Shown in pieces: positions 29,208 through 37,217 of a DNA stretch of 64,000 nucleotides (within the stretch, counting starts at the first letter, position 1; each line of letters opens with the position of its first letter). Below the pieces are notes generated by a model. That model did not search any database. It saw only the letters and a program-made list of their open reading frames with translations, and had not been told where the DNA came from. The DNA comes from Acidimicrobiales bacterium (GTDB lineage Bacteria; Actinomycetota; Acidimicrobiia; Acidimicrobiales; VFJN01). The DNA is taken from NCBI GenBank assembly GCA_045807565.1, contig JBJMHD010000019.1:12194-76193 (forward strand), given 5' to 3'. A program made the translations under genes and the position numbers.

Positions 29208-29269
29208 CCGGTCACCCCGCCACGCGACCGCGCGTTGCGACCGTCGGTGGAAGCGGTAGACCTTCCTCT

Positions 29270-30382
29270 GTGAGCGCACGCAACCTCTCCGCGGTGGTGC
29301 TGGCGGCGGGCGAGGGGTCGCGGATGCGGTCGGCCCGTCCGAAGCCGCTGCACGTGCTCTGCGGCAGGGCGATGGTGCTCTACGTGCTCGACGCGCTGCC
29401 GGCCGAGGAGATCGACCGAGCCGTCGTCGTGGTGGGCCACGGCGCAGAGCGGGTCACCAAGACGCTCACGGAGGACGGCGCGGGGCTGCACCTCGAGTTC
29501 GTCGAGCAGCACGTGCAGCGCGGGACGGGCGACGCGCTGGCCGTCGGTCTCACCGGTCTGCCGGACGACGACAGCGTGGACGACTTCCTCGACGTCCTCG
29601 TGCTGCCCGGCGACACGCCGTTGCTGCGACCGGGCACCGTCGCGGAGCTCGTGGCCGAGCACCGGAGCGCCGACGCCGCGTGCACGATCCTCACCGCCAG
29701 GCTCGACGACCCCACGGGGTACGGCCGCATCGTGCGGGTGGGGAACGACGAGCGCATCGCGCGGATCGTCGAGCACCGCGACGCCGCGCCCGACGAGCTC
29801 GAGATCGACGAGATCAACACCGGGATCTTCTGCTTCCGTCGGAGCCTCCTCGCCCCAGCGCTGCGCATGGTCCAGCCCGACAACGCCCAAGGCGAGTACT
29901 ACCTCACCGACGTGGTGGAGGTGCTGGCCGACGCCGGCCACCGGGTGGTCAGCGTCGTCGCCGCCGACCCGGACGAGACCCACGGCATCAACGACCGGGC
30001 CCAGCTCGCCCACGCCGAGGCGGAGCTGCGGTCCCGCACCAACGCCACCTGGCTGGGGCGGGGCGTCACCATGGTCGACCCCGCCACCACCTACATCGAC
30101 ACCACCGTCACGCTCGCCGCCGACGTCAGCCTCTTCCCCGGCACCATCCTCCAGGGCCGCACCTCGATCGGCGAGGGCGTGGAGATCGGTCCCGGCTGCC
30201 GGCTGGTGGACTGCACGGTCGGTGAGCACACCGCGCTCGAGCAGACCGTCGCTCGGCTCGCCGACATCGGCGCCGAGTGCGTGGTCGGGCCGTTCGCCGT
30301 GCTCGAGCCTGGCGCCCACGTGCCGCCCGGCACCCGCACCGGCCCGTTCTTCCACGGCGCCGGCGAGCCCACCGACCCCTGA
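29270..30382 (+). CDS. glmU: GlmU-like N-acetylglucosamine-1-phosphate uridylyltransferase with a truncated left-handed beta-helix (acetyltransferase) domain
   Basis: LAAGEGSRMRSARPKPLH, LDDPTGYGRI, VEHRDA, EINTGI and NAQGEYYLTD align with GlmU. The LbH repeats end at ...GPFAVLEPGAHVPPGTRTGPFFHGAGEPTDP, making the protein only 370 aa. Start taken at GTG 29270. Confidence 0.8.
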   Translation: MSARNLSAVVLAAGEGSRMRSARPKPLHVLCGRAMVLYVLDALPAEEIDRAVVVVGHGAERVTKTLTEDGAGLHLEFVEQHVQRGTGDALAVGLTGLPDDDSVDDFLDVLVLPGDTPLLRPGTVAELVAEHRSADAACTILTARLDDPTGYGRIVRVGNDERIARIVEHRDAAPDELEIDEINTGIFCFRRSLLAPALRMVQPDNAQGEYYLTDVVEVLADAGHRVVSVVAADPDETHGINDRAQLAHAEAELRSRTNATWLGRGVTMVDPATTYIDTTVTLAADVSLFPGTILQGRTSIGEGVEIGPGCRLVDCTVGEHTALEQTVARLADIGAECVVGPFAVLEPGAHVPPGTRTGPFFHGAGEPTDP

Positions 30383-30501
30383 CGTCCGGTTCGATCCGGT
30401 CGGGTCGGCGCGCGGGGGCGTCCTACACTGGGGGTGCGGGACGGCGCGCGACGGCTGATCACCGCACACCATCCGCCCACCTCCGGTCACGAGGGGACCC
30501 C

Positions 30502-31485
30502 ATGGAGCTGGTCACCAAGAAGCGGCTGCACCTCCTGTCGGGCCGGACGAACCTGGCGCTGGCCGAGGAGATCGCCGCGGTGCTCGACGTGGAGCTGGGC
30601 CACCCGAACCTCGTCGACTTCGCCAACGGCGAGATCTACAGCCGGCTGGGCGAGAACGTCCGTGGTGCCGACGTCTTCGTGATCCAGACCCACGGCGCCA
30701 TCGACGGCATGTCGGTGAACGACGCGATCATGGAGCAGCTGATCATGATCGACGCCGCCCGGCGGGCCTCGGCGAAGCGGATCACCGCCGTCATCCCGAA
30801 CTACGGCTACGCGCGCCAGGACCGCAAGGCCGAGAACCGGGAGCCGATCACCGCCAAGCTCGTGGCGAACATGTTCGCGGCCGTGGGCACCAACCGGCTC
30901 ATGTCGGTGGACCTCCACTCGGGGCAGATCCAAGGGTTCTTCGACGGCCCGGTGGACCACCTCACCGCCATGCCGGTGATCGTCGACTACATCAGGGACA
31001 ACCTCCCCGAGGACCTGGTGGTCGTGAGCCCTGACGCGGGCCGCGTGAAGGTGGCCGAGCGCTACACCAACGTCCTCCACGCCGACCTGGCCATCGTGCA
31101 CAAGCGGCGCGTGAAGGGCCTCAAGAACTCGGTGGAGGCCGTGGAGATCGTCGGTGAGGTCGAGGGCCGTGCCTGCGTGATCATCGACGACATGATCGAC
31201 ACCGGCGGCACGCTCTGCGCCGCTGCCGACCAGCTCAAGGCGCGGGGCGCTGGCGACATCTTCGCCCTGGCGACGCACGGCCTGCTCAGCGGCCCTGCGA
31301 TCGACCGGTTCAAGAACTCCGTGATCTCGAAGGTGGTCGTCACCAACACCCTCCCGCTCCCCTCGGAGAAGCAGATCGACAAGATCGAGCAGCTCTCCGT
31401 CGCCAAGATCCTCGCCGAGGCGATCGACGCCGTCTTCGAGGACAACTCGGTGGGCGAGATCTTCGGCGGCGCCAACCAGAACTGA
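30502..31485 (+). CDS. prs: Ribose-phosphate pyrophosphokinase (PRPP synthetase)
   Basis: MELVTKKRLHLLSGRTNLALAEEIA..., NYGYARQDRK and the PRPP-binding loop VIIDDMIDTGGT. Confidence 0.9.
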   Translation: MELVTKKRLHLLSGRTNLALAEEIAAVLDVELGHPNLVDFANGEIYSRLGENVRGADVFVIQTHGAIDGMSVNDAIMEQLIMIDAARRASAKRITAVIPNYGYARQDRKAENREPITAKLVANMFAAVGTNRLMSVDLHSGQIQGFFDGPVDHLTAMPVIVDYIRDNLPEDLVVVSPDAGRVKVAERYTNVLHADLAIVHKRRVKGLKNSVEAVEIVGEVEGRACVIIDDMIDTGGTLCAAADQLKARGAGDIFALATHGLLSGPAIDRFKNSVISKVVVTNTLPLPSEKQIDKIEQLSVAKILAEAIDAVFEDNSVGEIFGGANQN

Positions 31486-31493
31486 GCGGCCCG

Positions 31494-32336
31494 GTGGAGC
31501 CCGAGCGCGAGATGCCGACGGAGATCCTCCAGCGCCGCCGTGCCCTGTACGCGCTCGACCCGGCTGACTTCACCGCCGCGCGCGACGCGCTGGTCCGCGA
31601 GCTGAAGGCGGACGGCGCCAAAGACGCGGCGGCCGAGATCGGCAAGCTCCGGCGGCCGAGCGTCGGCGCCCATGCCCTCAACCAGGTGGCTCGTGAGCAC
31701 CCGGAGCTCATCGACGACGCGCTGGACGCGGGGGTCGCGCTTCGAGAGGCGTCGAGGGCAGCTGCCGAGGGGGACGCCGGCGCCCTGCGGGACGCCACCG
31801 CAGCCGAACGAGCGGCAGGACAAGCCGTGGCCAAGGCGGCCCGGCGCCACCTCGGCTCGCGCGGTGATGCGCTGGTCCCCGCGATCCTCGCCACCTTGCG
31901 CGCGGCCGCCCTCGACCAGGAGGTGGCCGACGACGTCCGCAACGGCACGCTCACCCGAGAGCACGAGCAGGCAGGGTTCGGCTTCGGGCTCGACAGCGGC
32001 GACGGCGCGGTCGCGCCTCGCCGGGCCACCCGCCGCGCGGCGCCGAAGCCTGCGAGCAAGCCGAAGCTGCGGGCCGTCACCGCTCCGGACGGACCCGATC
32101 CCGACGAGGTCGCTCGCGACAAGGCAGCGCGCGCTGCAGCCCGCGCCGCCGAGCGCCAGCGGAAGAAGGATCTGGCCGCCGCCGAGCGCAACGCCACCCG
32201 CCTGGAGCGCGAGGCGGCGCGACTCGCCAAGGAGGCCGACGACGCCGAGGCCGAAGCCCACGCCGCCCGGCAGGCCGCCGACGCCACCGCCGAGCGGGCT
32301 GCCGAGGCGCGGCGGGCCGCCCAGGCCCTCGCCTGA
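31494..32336 (+). CDS. Conserved-looking actinobacterial hypothetical protein with an Ala/Arg/Glu-rich coiled-coil C-terminus
   Basis: The N-terminal LYALDPADFTAARDALVRELKADGAKDAAAEIGKLRRPSVGAHALNQ resembles a recurrent uncharacterised actinobacterial family (recollection only). The C-terminus is predicted coiled-coil. ATG 31512 is an alternative start. Confidence 0.6.
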   Translation: MEPEREMPTEILQRRRALYALDPADFTAARDALVRELKADGAKDAAAEIGKLRRPSVGAHALNQVAREHPELIDDALDAGVALREASRAAAEGDAGALRDATAAERAAGQAVAKAARRHLGSRGDALVPAILATLRAAALDQEVADDVRNGTLTREHEQAGFGFGLDSGDGAVAPRRATRRAAPKPASKPKLRAVTAPDGPDPDEVARDKAARAAARAAERQRKKDLAAAERNATRLEREAARLAKEADDAEAEAHAARQAADATAERAAEARRAAQALA

Positions 32337-32434
32337 TCGCCTGGCCTTGGTGAGCGCGGCCAGCCGTCGGTAGCCTCGTCTGTCCACCCAGAACGAACGC
32401 GCTCCGGCGCGATCTCAGACGTAGGAGCTCTCCG

Positions 32435-33154
32435 ATGGCCGAGATCACCCTCAAGGCAAGCCCGCGCCCGCCGCAGGGCACCCGTCCCGCCCGCCGCCTC
32501 CGCAACGAGGGCAAGGTCCCGGGCGTCGTATACGGCCTGGGGAGCGACCCCGTCACCCTCACCGTCGAGTGGCGCGAGCTGCGAGCCGCCCTGGTCACGG
32601 AGCAGGGGCTCAACGCCGTGATCCACCTCGAGGTCGACGGCGAGACCACACCGACCCTCGTGAAGGAGATCCAGCGCCACCCCGTCCGACGGAACGTGCT
32701 CCACATCGACTTCATCCGCGTCGACCTGAACAAGCCGGTCGACGTGGAGGTGCCGATCCACCTCGAGGGCGAGGCCGAGGCCGTCGCCCGCGAGGGAGGC
32801 GTGATCGACCAGACGCTCACCAGCCTGGCCATCCACGCCAAGCCCGACGACATCCCCGCGCAGCTCACCGTCGACATCAGCGATCTCGAGATCGGCAGCT
32901 CGAAGCACGTGAGCGACATCGCCCTCCCGGCTGGTGTCACCACCAGCGTCGACCCCGAGGAGACCGTCGTCACCGCCAGCTTCCAGGTGGTCGAGATCCC
33001 CGAGCCCGTCGAAGGCGAGGAGGCCGCCGAGGGTGAGGAGGCCGCCGAGGGCGAAGGCGCCGAGGGCGAGGCGGGCGAGGGTGCCGAGGGCGAGGGCGGT
33101 GGCGACGCCGAGGCCAGCGGCGGCGACGCCGACTCCGGCGGCGACGAAGGGTGA
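32435..33154 (+). CDS. rplY: 50S ribosomal protein L25/general stress protein Ctc, with an acidic repetitive tail
   Basis: RRLRNEGKVPGVVYG...LVKEIQRHPVRRNVLHIDF, plus a C-terminal EEAAEGEEAAEGEGAEGE... tail. Confidence 0.9.
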   Translation: MAEITLKASPRPPQGTRPARRLRNEGKVPGVVYGLGSDPVTLTVEWRELRAALVTEQGLNAVIHLEVDGETTPTLVKEIQRHPVRRNVLHIDFIRVDLNKPVDVEVPIHLEGEAEAVAREGGVIDQTLTSLAIHAKPDDIPAQLTVDISDLEIGSSKHVSDIALPAGVTTSVDPEETVVTASFQVVEIPEPVEGEEAAEGEEAAEGEGAEGEAGEGAEGEGGGDAEASGGDADSGGDEG

Positions 33155-33223
33155 CGCCCCGGCGTCGGTGACGGCCCAGGTCCGGCGTGCGGACCTGCCG
33201 CGGCACAGACGTAGGAGAGACCC

Positions 33224-33856
33224 ATGTTCGGTCGCAAGCGCGGAGAGCAGAAGGAGCGGCGAGGTACGCCGGCCGACCTGCTCGTGGTCGGGTTGGCCAA
33301 CCCGGGCGCCGAGTACGCCGGCACGCGCCACAACGTCGGTGGGGAGGTGGTGCAGCTCCTGGCCGAGCGCCATGGCGCCAAGCTCCGCAAGGGCAAGGAG
33401 CGCGCCATGGTCGACGAGGTCACCGTCGACGGACGACGGCTCGCGCTGGCGATCCCGCTCACCTACATGAACCTGTCCGGTGAGGCGGTGGCGCCGCTCG
33501 TGCGGCGCCACGGCATCGACGATCCGCAGCGCCTCGTGATCGTCCACGACGAGCTCGACCTGCCGGTCGGCCGCATGAAGCTGAAGCTGGGGGGCGGGCT
33601 CGCCGGGAACAACGGCCTGAGGTCCATCCAGCAGCACCTGCACACCGGCGAGTTCGCCCGCGTCCGCATCGGCATCGGCAAGCCGAACCACAAGGCGCAG
33701 GGCGCCGATCACGTGCTGAAGCGCCCCGGCAAGGGCGACCGGGGGGAGCTCGACGTCGTCGTGCAGGAGGCGGCCGATGCCGTAGAGGCGATCCTCGCCG
33801 AAGGCGTCGCGGCCGCCATGAACCGCTACAACACGAGGCCGGACGCCACCACCTAG
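33224..33856 (+). CDS. pth: Peptidyl-tRNA hydrolase
   Basis: LVVGLANPGAEYAGTRHNVGGEVV, TYMNLSGEAV, VVHDELDLPVGRMKLK and GGLAGNNGLRSI. Confidence 0.9.
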   Translation: MFGRKRGEQKERRGTPADLLVVGLANPGAEYAGTRHNVGGEVVQLLAERHGAKLRKGKERAMVDEVTVDGRRLALAIPLTYMNLSGEAVAPLVRRHGIDDPQRLVIVHDELDLPVGRMKLKLGGGLAGNNGLRSIQQHLHTGEFARVRIGIGKPNHKAQGADHVLKRPGKGDRGELDVVVQEAADAVEAILAEGVAAAMNRYNTRPDATT

Positions 33857-33867
33857 CGTTTGCGAGC

Positions 33868-36800
33868 GTGCTGGTGGGTCGGGACGCGCAGCTGACGGTC
33901 GGGAACGCGGCCGTCACAGACGCGCTGGCCGGGCACGGCGGGCTCGTGCTGCTCACCGGCGAGGCCGGGATCGGGAAGTCCGCGCTCGCGCACGCCATCG
34001 CCGAGCGAGCGCGGGCCGACGGCGCCCTCGTGCGGGTCGGCGCCTGCTGGGACACCGATGGCCTGCCCGCGTTCACGCCGTGGCTCGACGCCCTCCGGCG
34101 GCCGGCGGGCGGGCCGTGCGCGGCGGTCGCTGTCCACCTGGCCGCCGGGGACGACCTCGTGACCGACGCGGCCAGCGCCAGCCGCGCTCGAGCCCGCCTG
34201 TTCGCGGAGGTGGCCGACGCGCTCTACGAGGTGAGCGCCGACCAGCCCCAGGTGATCCTCCTCGAGGACCTGCACTGGGCCGACACGCCCAGCCTGGCGC
34301 TCCTCGGCGCGCTCGCACCCCACCTCCGCTCGATGCCCGTGCTGGTGGTCGGCACCTATCGCGACGACGAGCTGCGGCGGCCGAGCCCGCTGTCGTCCCT
34401 CGCCGGCGCCGCCGAGCGGGTGGCGTTGGAGGGCCTCGACGCCGGGGCGGTGGCGGAGATCGTCGCGAGCGTCACCGGCGCCCGACCAGCGGGTGGGACC
34501 GCGGCCGCCCTCCAGGCGCGGACGGGCGGCAACCCGCTGTTCGTGACGCAGATGGCCCGACTGCTCGACGCGGGGTCGGCCTCGCTGCCCTCGGGGGTGC
34601 AGGAGGTGCTCGAGCGCCGCCTGGCGAGGGTCTCCAGCGACGCAGCCCACGTGCTCGGGGCGGCCGCGGTGCTCGGCCACGAGTTCGATCAGAGCGTGCT
34701 CGCCGCCCTCGTCGGCGACGACGTCGCCCCGGCGCTGGACGAGGCCCGCGCGGCCCGGCTGGTGGAGCCGTGCGCGGGCGAGCCGATGCGGTGGCGGTTC
34801 GTCCACGCCCTCGTGCAGACGACCCGGTACGACACCCTCGCCACCACCGAGCGGGAGGCGTGGCACCGGTCTGCCGTCGACGCCCTGGGCGGGCGGGCGA
34901 GCACGTCGGCGGCCGAGCTCGCTCACCATGCGGTCCGGGCGCGCTTCGACCCAGACGACGCCACACCGGCCCAGCTGCACGCGGCGGCGGGGGCAGAGGC
35001 GCTCACCCGACTCGCGTGGGAGGACGCGATCGCCGCCTTCGGCCGGGCCCTGGAGGCGGCGCCGGCAGGGACGGCGGGCGATGTGGTCCGCGCCGAGGCC
35101 TGGCTGGGCATCGGTGCCGCGCGCCTGCGCCTGGATCGATCGGACGTGCGACAGGCCTTCGACGAAGCCGTCGCCCTCGCGGAGGCCCTGGACCGTCCCG
35201 ATCTGCTCGCTCGTGCTGCCCTCGGGTTCGGGATCGGCCTCGGGGCCTTCGAGGTGCGGCTCCTCGACCAACGGCAGATCGAGGTGCTGGAAGCGGCCGC
35301 CGCCGCGCTTCCGGAGGACCACCCGCTCCTGCCGCTCGTCCTGGCGCGCCTGTCGGTGGCGTTGGCGTTCGTGGAGTCCGCCGAGCGCCGTGAGGAGCTG
35401 GCGTCACGCGCGGTCGAGCTGGCGCGCGCTCGGCGCGACGCCGTGGTCGTGGGACACGCGCTCGCGGCTCGCTGCGACGTGCGGTCGGGGCCCGCCCACG
35501 TGGACGAGCGCGCCGCGGCGGCGCGGGAGATCATCGGGCTCGCCCAGCGGTCCAGCGACCTCCCGCTCGAGCTGCTGGGCCGTCGGCTGCTCGTCGTCGC
35601 GCTGCTGGAGAAGCTCGACTTCGCGGGCGTGGACGCCGAGATCACGGCCTACGCGTCAGCCGCGCACGCGCTCGGCGATGCCGTGTACAGCTGGTACGTG
35701 CCCTTGTGGCGCGGCATGCGCGCCTGGCAGCGAGGCGAGGTCGACGCTGCTCACCGCCTCCTGCGAGAGGCGATCGACGTCGGGATGGGAGGCGGCAGCC
35801 AGAACGCCGTCGTCCTGGGATCGGTGGCGCAGCTCATGGTGGCCATCGACGCTCGCGACCGCGCCGGTGCCGAGGCGGCGATGACGGTGATGATCGAGGC
35901 CGTACCCAACCTCCTGCTCCCGTACGTGTGGCTCACGCAGGCACTGGTGGCGAGTCGCCTCGGTGCCCTCGAGGAAGCCCGCGCCTCCGTCGCGCACGTG
36001 TCGCCGGCCGACGTCGAGGGCCTTCCACGTGACAGCGAGTGGATGGGTGCCCTGACCCTGGTGAGCACCGCCGCCGGGCTGCTCGGCGATCCCGAGCGCG
36101 CCGCGTTCGTCCGGCCGCTCCTCCTGGAGCACGTCGGCGTCGGCGCCGTGGAGGGCATCGGCGCGTACCTGCACGGATCGCCGCATCGCTACCTCGGGCT
36201 CGTGTCAGCCGTGCTCGGCGACCTCGACGCGGTGCGAGCGCACGTCGCGGGGGCCGAGCACGCGACCGCGGGTGGGGGCGCGCTGCTCGAACGGCTCACC
36301 GACCTGGACGCGGCGCGCGCGCTCAGCCGCGTGGGCGAGGCGGAGGCCGCCACGCGGCACGCCGCCCGAGCCAGGACCTGCTTCGAGCGGCTCGGCCTCG
36401 TCGCGCTGGCTGAGGAGGCAGCCGAGCTCGAGGGTCGCGACGGCTCGTCGGCGGGCAGCCCCGCCGGTCGGTCCGCGCCCGAGCCTGCTCCGACCCTGGC
36501 GCGGCAGGGCGATGCGTGGGCGGTCAGCTGGGCGGGCGGCCTCGTCCACGTGAAGCACGCCAAGGGCGTGGCCGACCTCGCGGTGCTGCTGGAGCGGCCC
36601 GGTCGAGAGGTCCACGTGCGCGAGCTGGAGGGGACGTCGGGGCCTCCGGCCACCACGCAGCAGGTCGCGCTCGACGAGACGGCGGTGCGGCAGTACCGCC
36701 AGCGCCTCACCGACCTCGAGGAGGACCTCGACGAGGCGGAGCGCCACGGCGACGGCGAGCGTGCCGCCGTGCTGGCGATCGAGCGCGATGCGCTCGTCGA

Positions 36801-37023
36801 CCAGCTGACGACGGCGTTCGGCCTGGCTCGTCAGGGCCGGCGCTTGGGCAGCGACCCCGACGAGCGACTGCGCAAGGCGGTGTCAGCCCGCATCAAGGCG
36901 AGCATCGACCGCCTCGACGGTCTCGACCCGGCCCTCGGCCGCCACCTCCGCGCCAGCGTGAGGACCGGGTTCTGGTGCTCGTACGCACCGGAGCGGCCCG
37001 TCGCGTGGACGGTGCGGAGGTAG
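33868..37023 (+). CDS. STAND-like P-loop ATPase (AAA_16) + long helical-repeat region + uncharacterised C-terminal module
   Basis: LVGRD...LLTGEAGIGKS (Walker A) and VILLEDLHWAD (Walker B), followed by about 600 aa of Ala/Leu-rich helical repeats. The C-terminal roughly 220 aa read GDAWAVSWAGGLVHVKHAKGVADLAVLLERPGREVHVRELEG...RTGFWCSYAPERP. The GTG start is 11 nt after the pth stop. Confidence 0.75.
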   Translation: MLVGRDAQLTVGNAAVTDALAGHGGLVLLTGEAGIGKSALAHAIAERARADGALVRVGACWDTDGLPAFTPWLDALRRPAGGPCAAVAVHLAAGDDLVTDAASASRARARLFAEVADALYEVSADQPQVILLEDLHWADTPSLALLGALAPHLRSMPVLVVGTYRDDELRRPSPLSSLAGAAERVALEGLDAGAVAEIVASVTGARPAGGTAAALQARTGGNPLFVTQMARLLDAGSASLPSGVQEVLERRLARVSSDAAHVLGAAAVLGHEFDQSVLAALVGDDVAPALDEARAARLVEPCAGEPMRWRFVHALVQTTRYDTLATTEREAWHRSAVDALGGRASTSAAELAHHAVRARFDPDDATPAQLHAAAGAEALTRLAWEDAIAAFGRALEAAPAGTAGDVVRAEAWLGIGAARLRLDRSDVRQAFDEAVALAEALDRPDLLARAALGFGIGLGAFEVRLLDQRQIEVLEAAAAALPEDHPLLPLVLARLSVALAFVESAERREELASRAVELARARRDAVVVGHALAARCDVRSGPAHVDERAAAAREIIGLAQRSSDLPLELLGRRLLVVALLEKLDFAGVDAEITAYASAAHALGDAVYSWYVPLWRGMRAWQRGEVDAAHRLLREAIDVGMGGGSQNAVVLGSVAQLMVAIDARDRAGAEAAMTVMIEAVPNLLLPYVWLTQALVASRLGALEEARASVAHVSPADVEGLPRDSEWMGALTLVSTAAGLLGDPERAAFVRPLLLEHVGVGAVEGIGAYLHGSPHRYLGLVSAVLGDLDAVRAHVAGAEHATAGGGALLERLTDLDAARALSRVGEAEAATRHAARARTCFERLGLVALAEEAAELEGRDGSSAGSPAGRSAPEPAPTLARQGDAWAVSWAGGLVHVKHAKGVADLAVLLERPGREVHVRELEGTSGPPATTQQVALDETAVRQYRQRLTDLEEDLDEAERHGDGERAAVLAIERDALVDQLTTAFGLARQGRRLGSDPDERLRKAVSARIKASIDRLDGLDPALGRHLRASVRTGFWCSYAPERPVAWTVRR

Positions 37024-37045
37024 CGCCCGCGGGTGGGCCCTCGGC

Positions 37046-37120
37046 CTAGGCGCTGCGCCGGCCGAGGATGATGAGAGCGAAGGCGATGATCCCGAGGATG
37101 ATGAAGACGGTCCAGAGCAT
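37046..37120 (-). CDS. Candidate 24-aa hydrophobic peptide
   Basis: MLWTVFIILGIIAFALIILGRRSA is a single TM plus a basic C-terminus. It occupies a locally GC-poor patch in the 195-nt gap between the STAND gene and the methyltransferase. The ORF track extends it to 37243, but that upstream part looks non-coding. Confidence 0.3.
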   Translation of the reverse strand: MLWTVFIILGIIAFALIILGRRSA

Positions 37121-37217
37121 GGGCCCAGGGTTCCCCGAACGCTCTGCGGGCAACCCCGTTCCGACATCTTCTCCGAGGTTTCTGGCGTCGCCAGGCCCGA
37201 TCTGGCGCCATTCGGGC

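Noticed and set aside
28665-29270. tRNA-Gln as an integration site for a genomic island, because a hypothetical gene follows it.
   Set aside because: There is no integrase or excisionase. I could not spot a second copy of the tRNA 3' end as a direct repeat, and I see no compositional shift. Only one small gene lies between the tRNA and glmU.
30383-30501. Search for the missing GlmU acetyltransferase C-terminus as a frameshifted remnant between glmU and prs.
   Set aside because: Only about 120 nt are available. None of the three forward frames shows hexapeptide-repeat ([LIV]-G-x4) periodicity. The truncation therefore looks clean rather than a simple indel, though an assembly check is still advisable.
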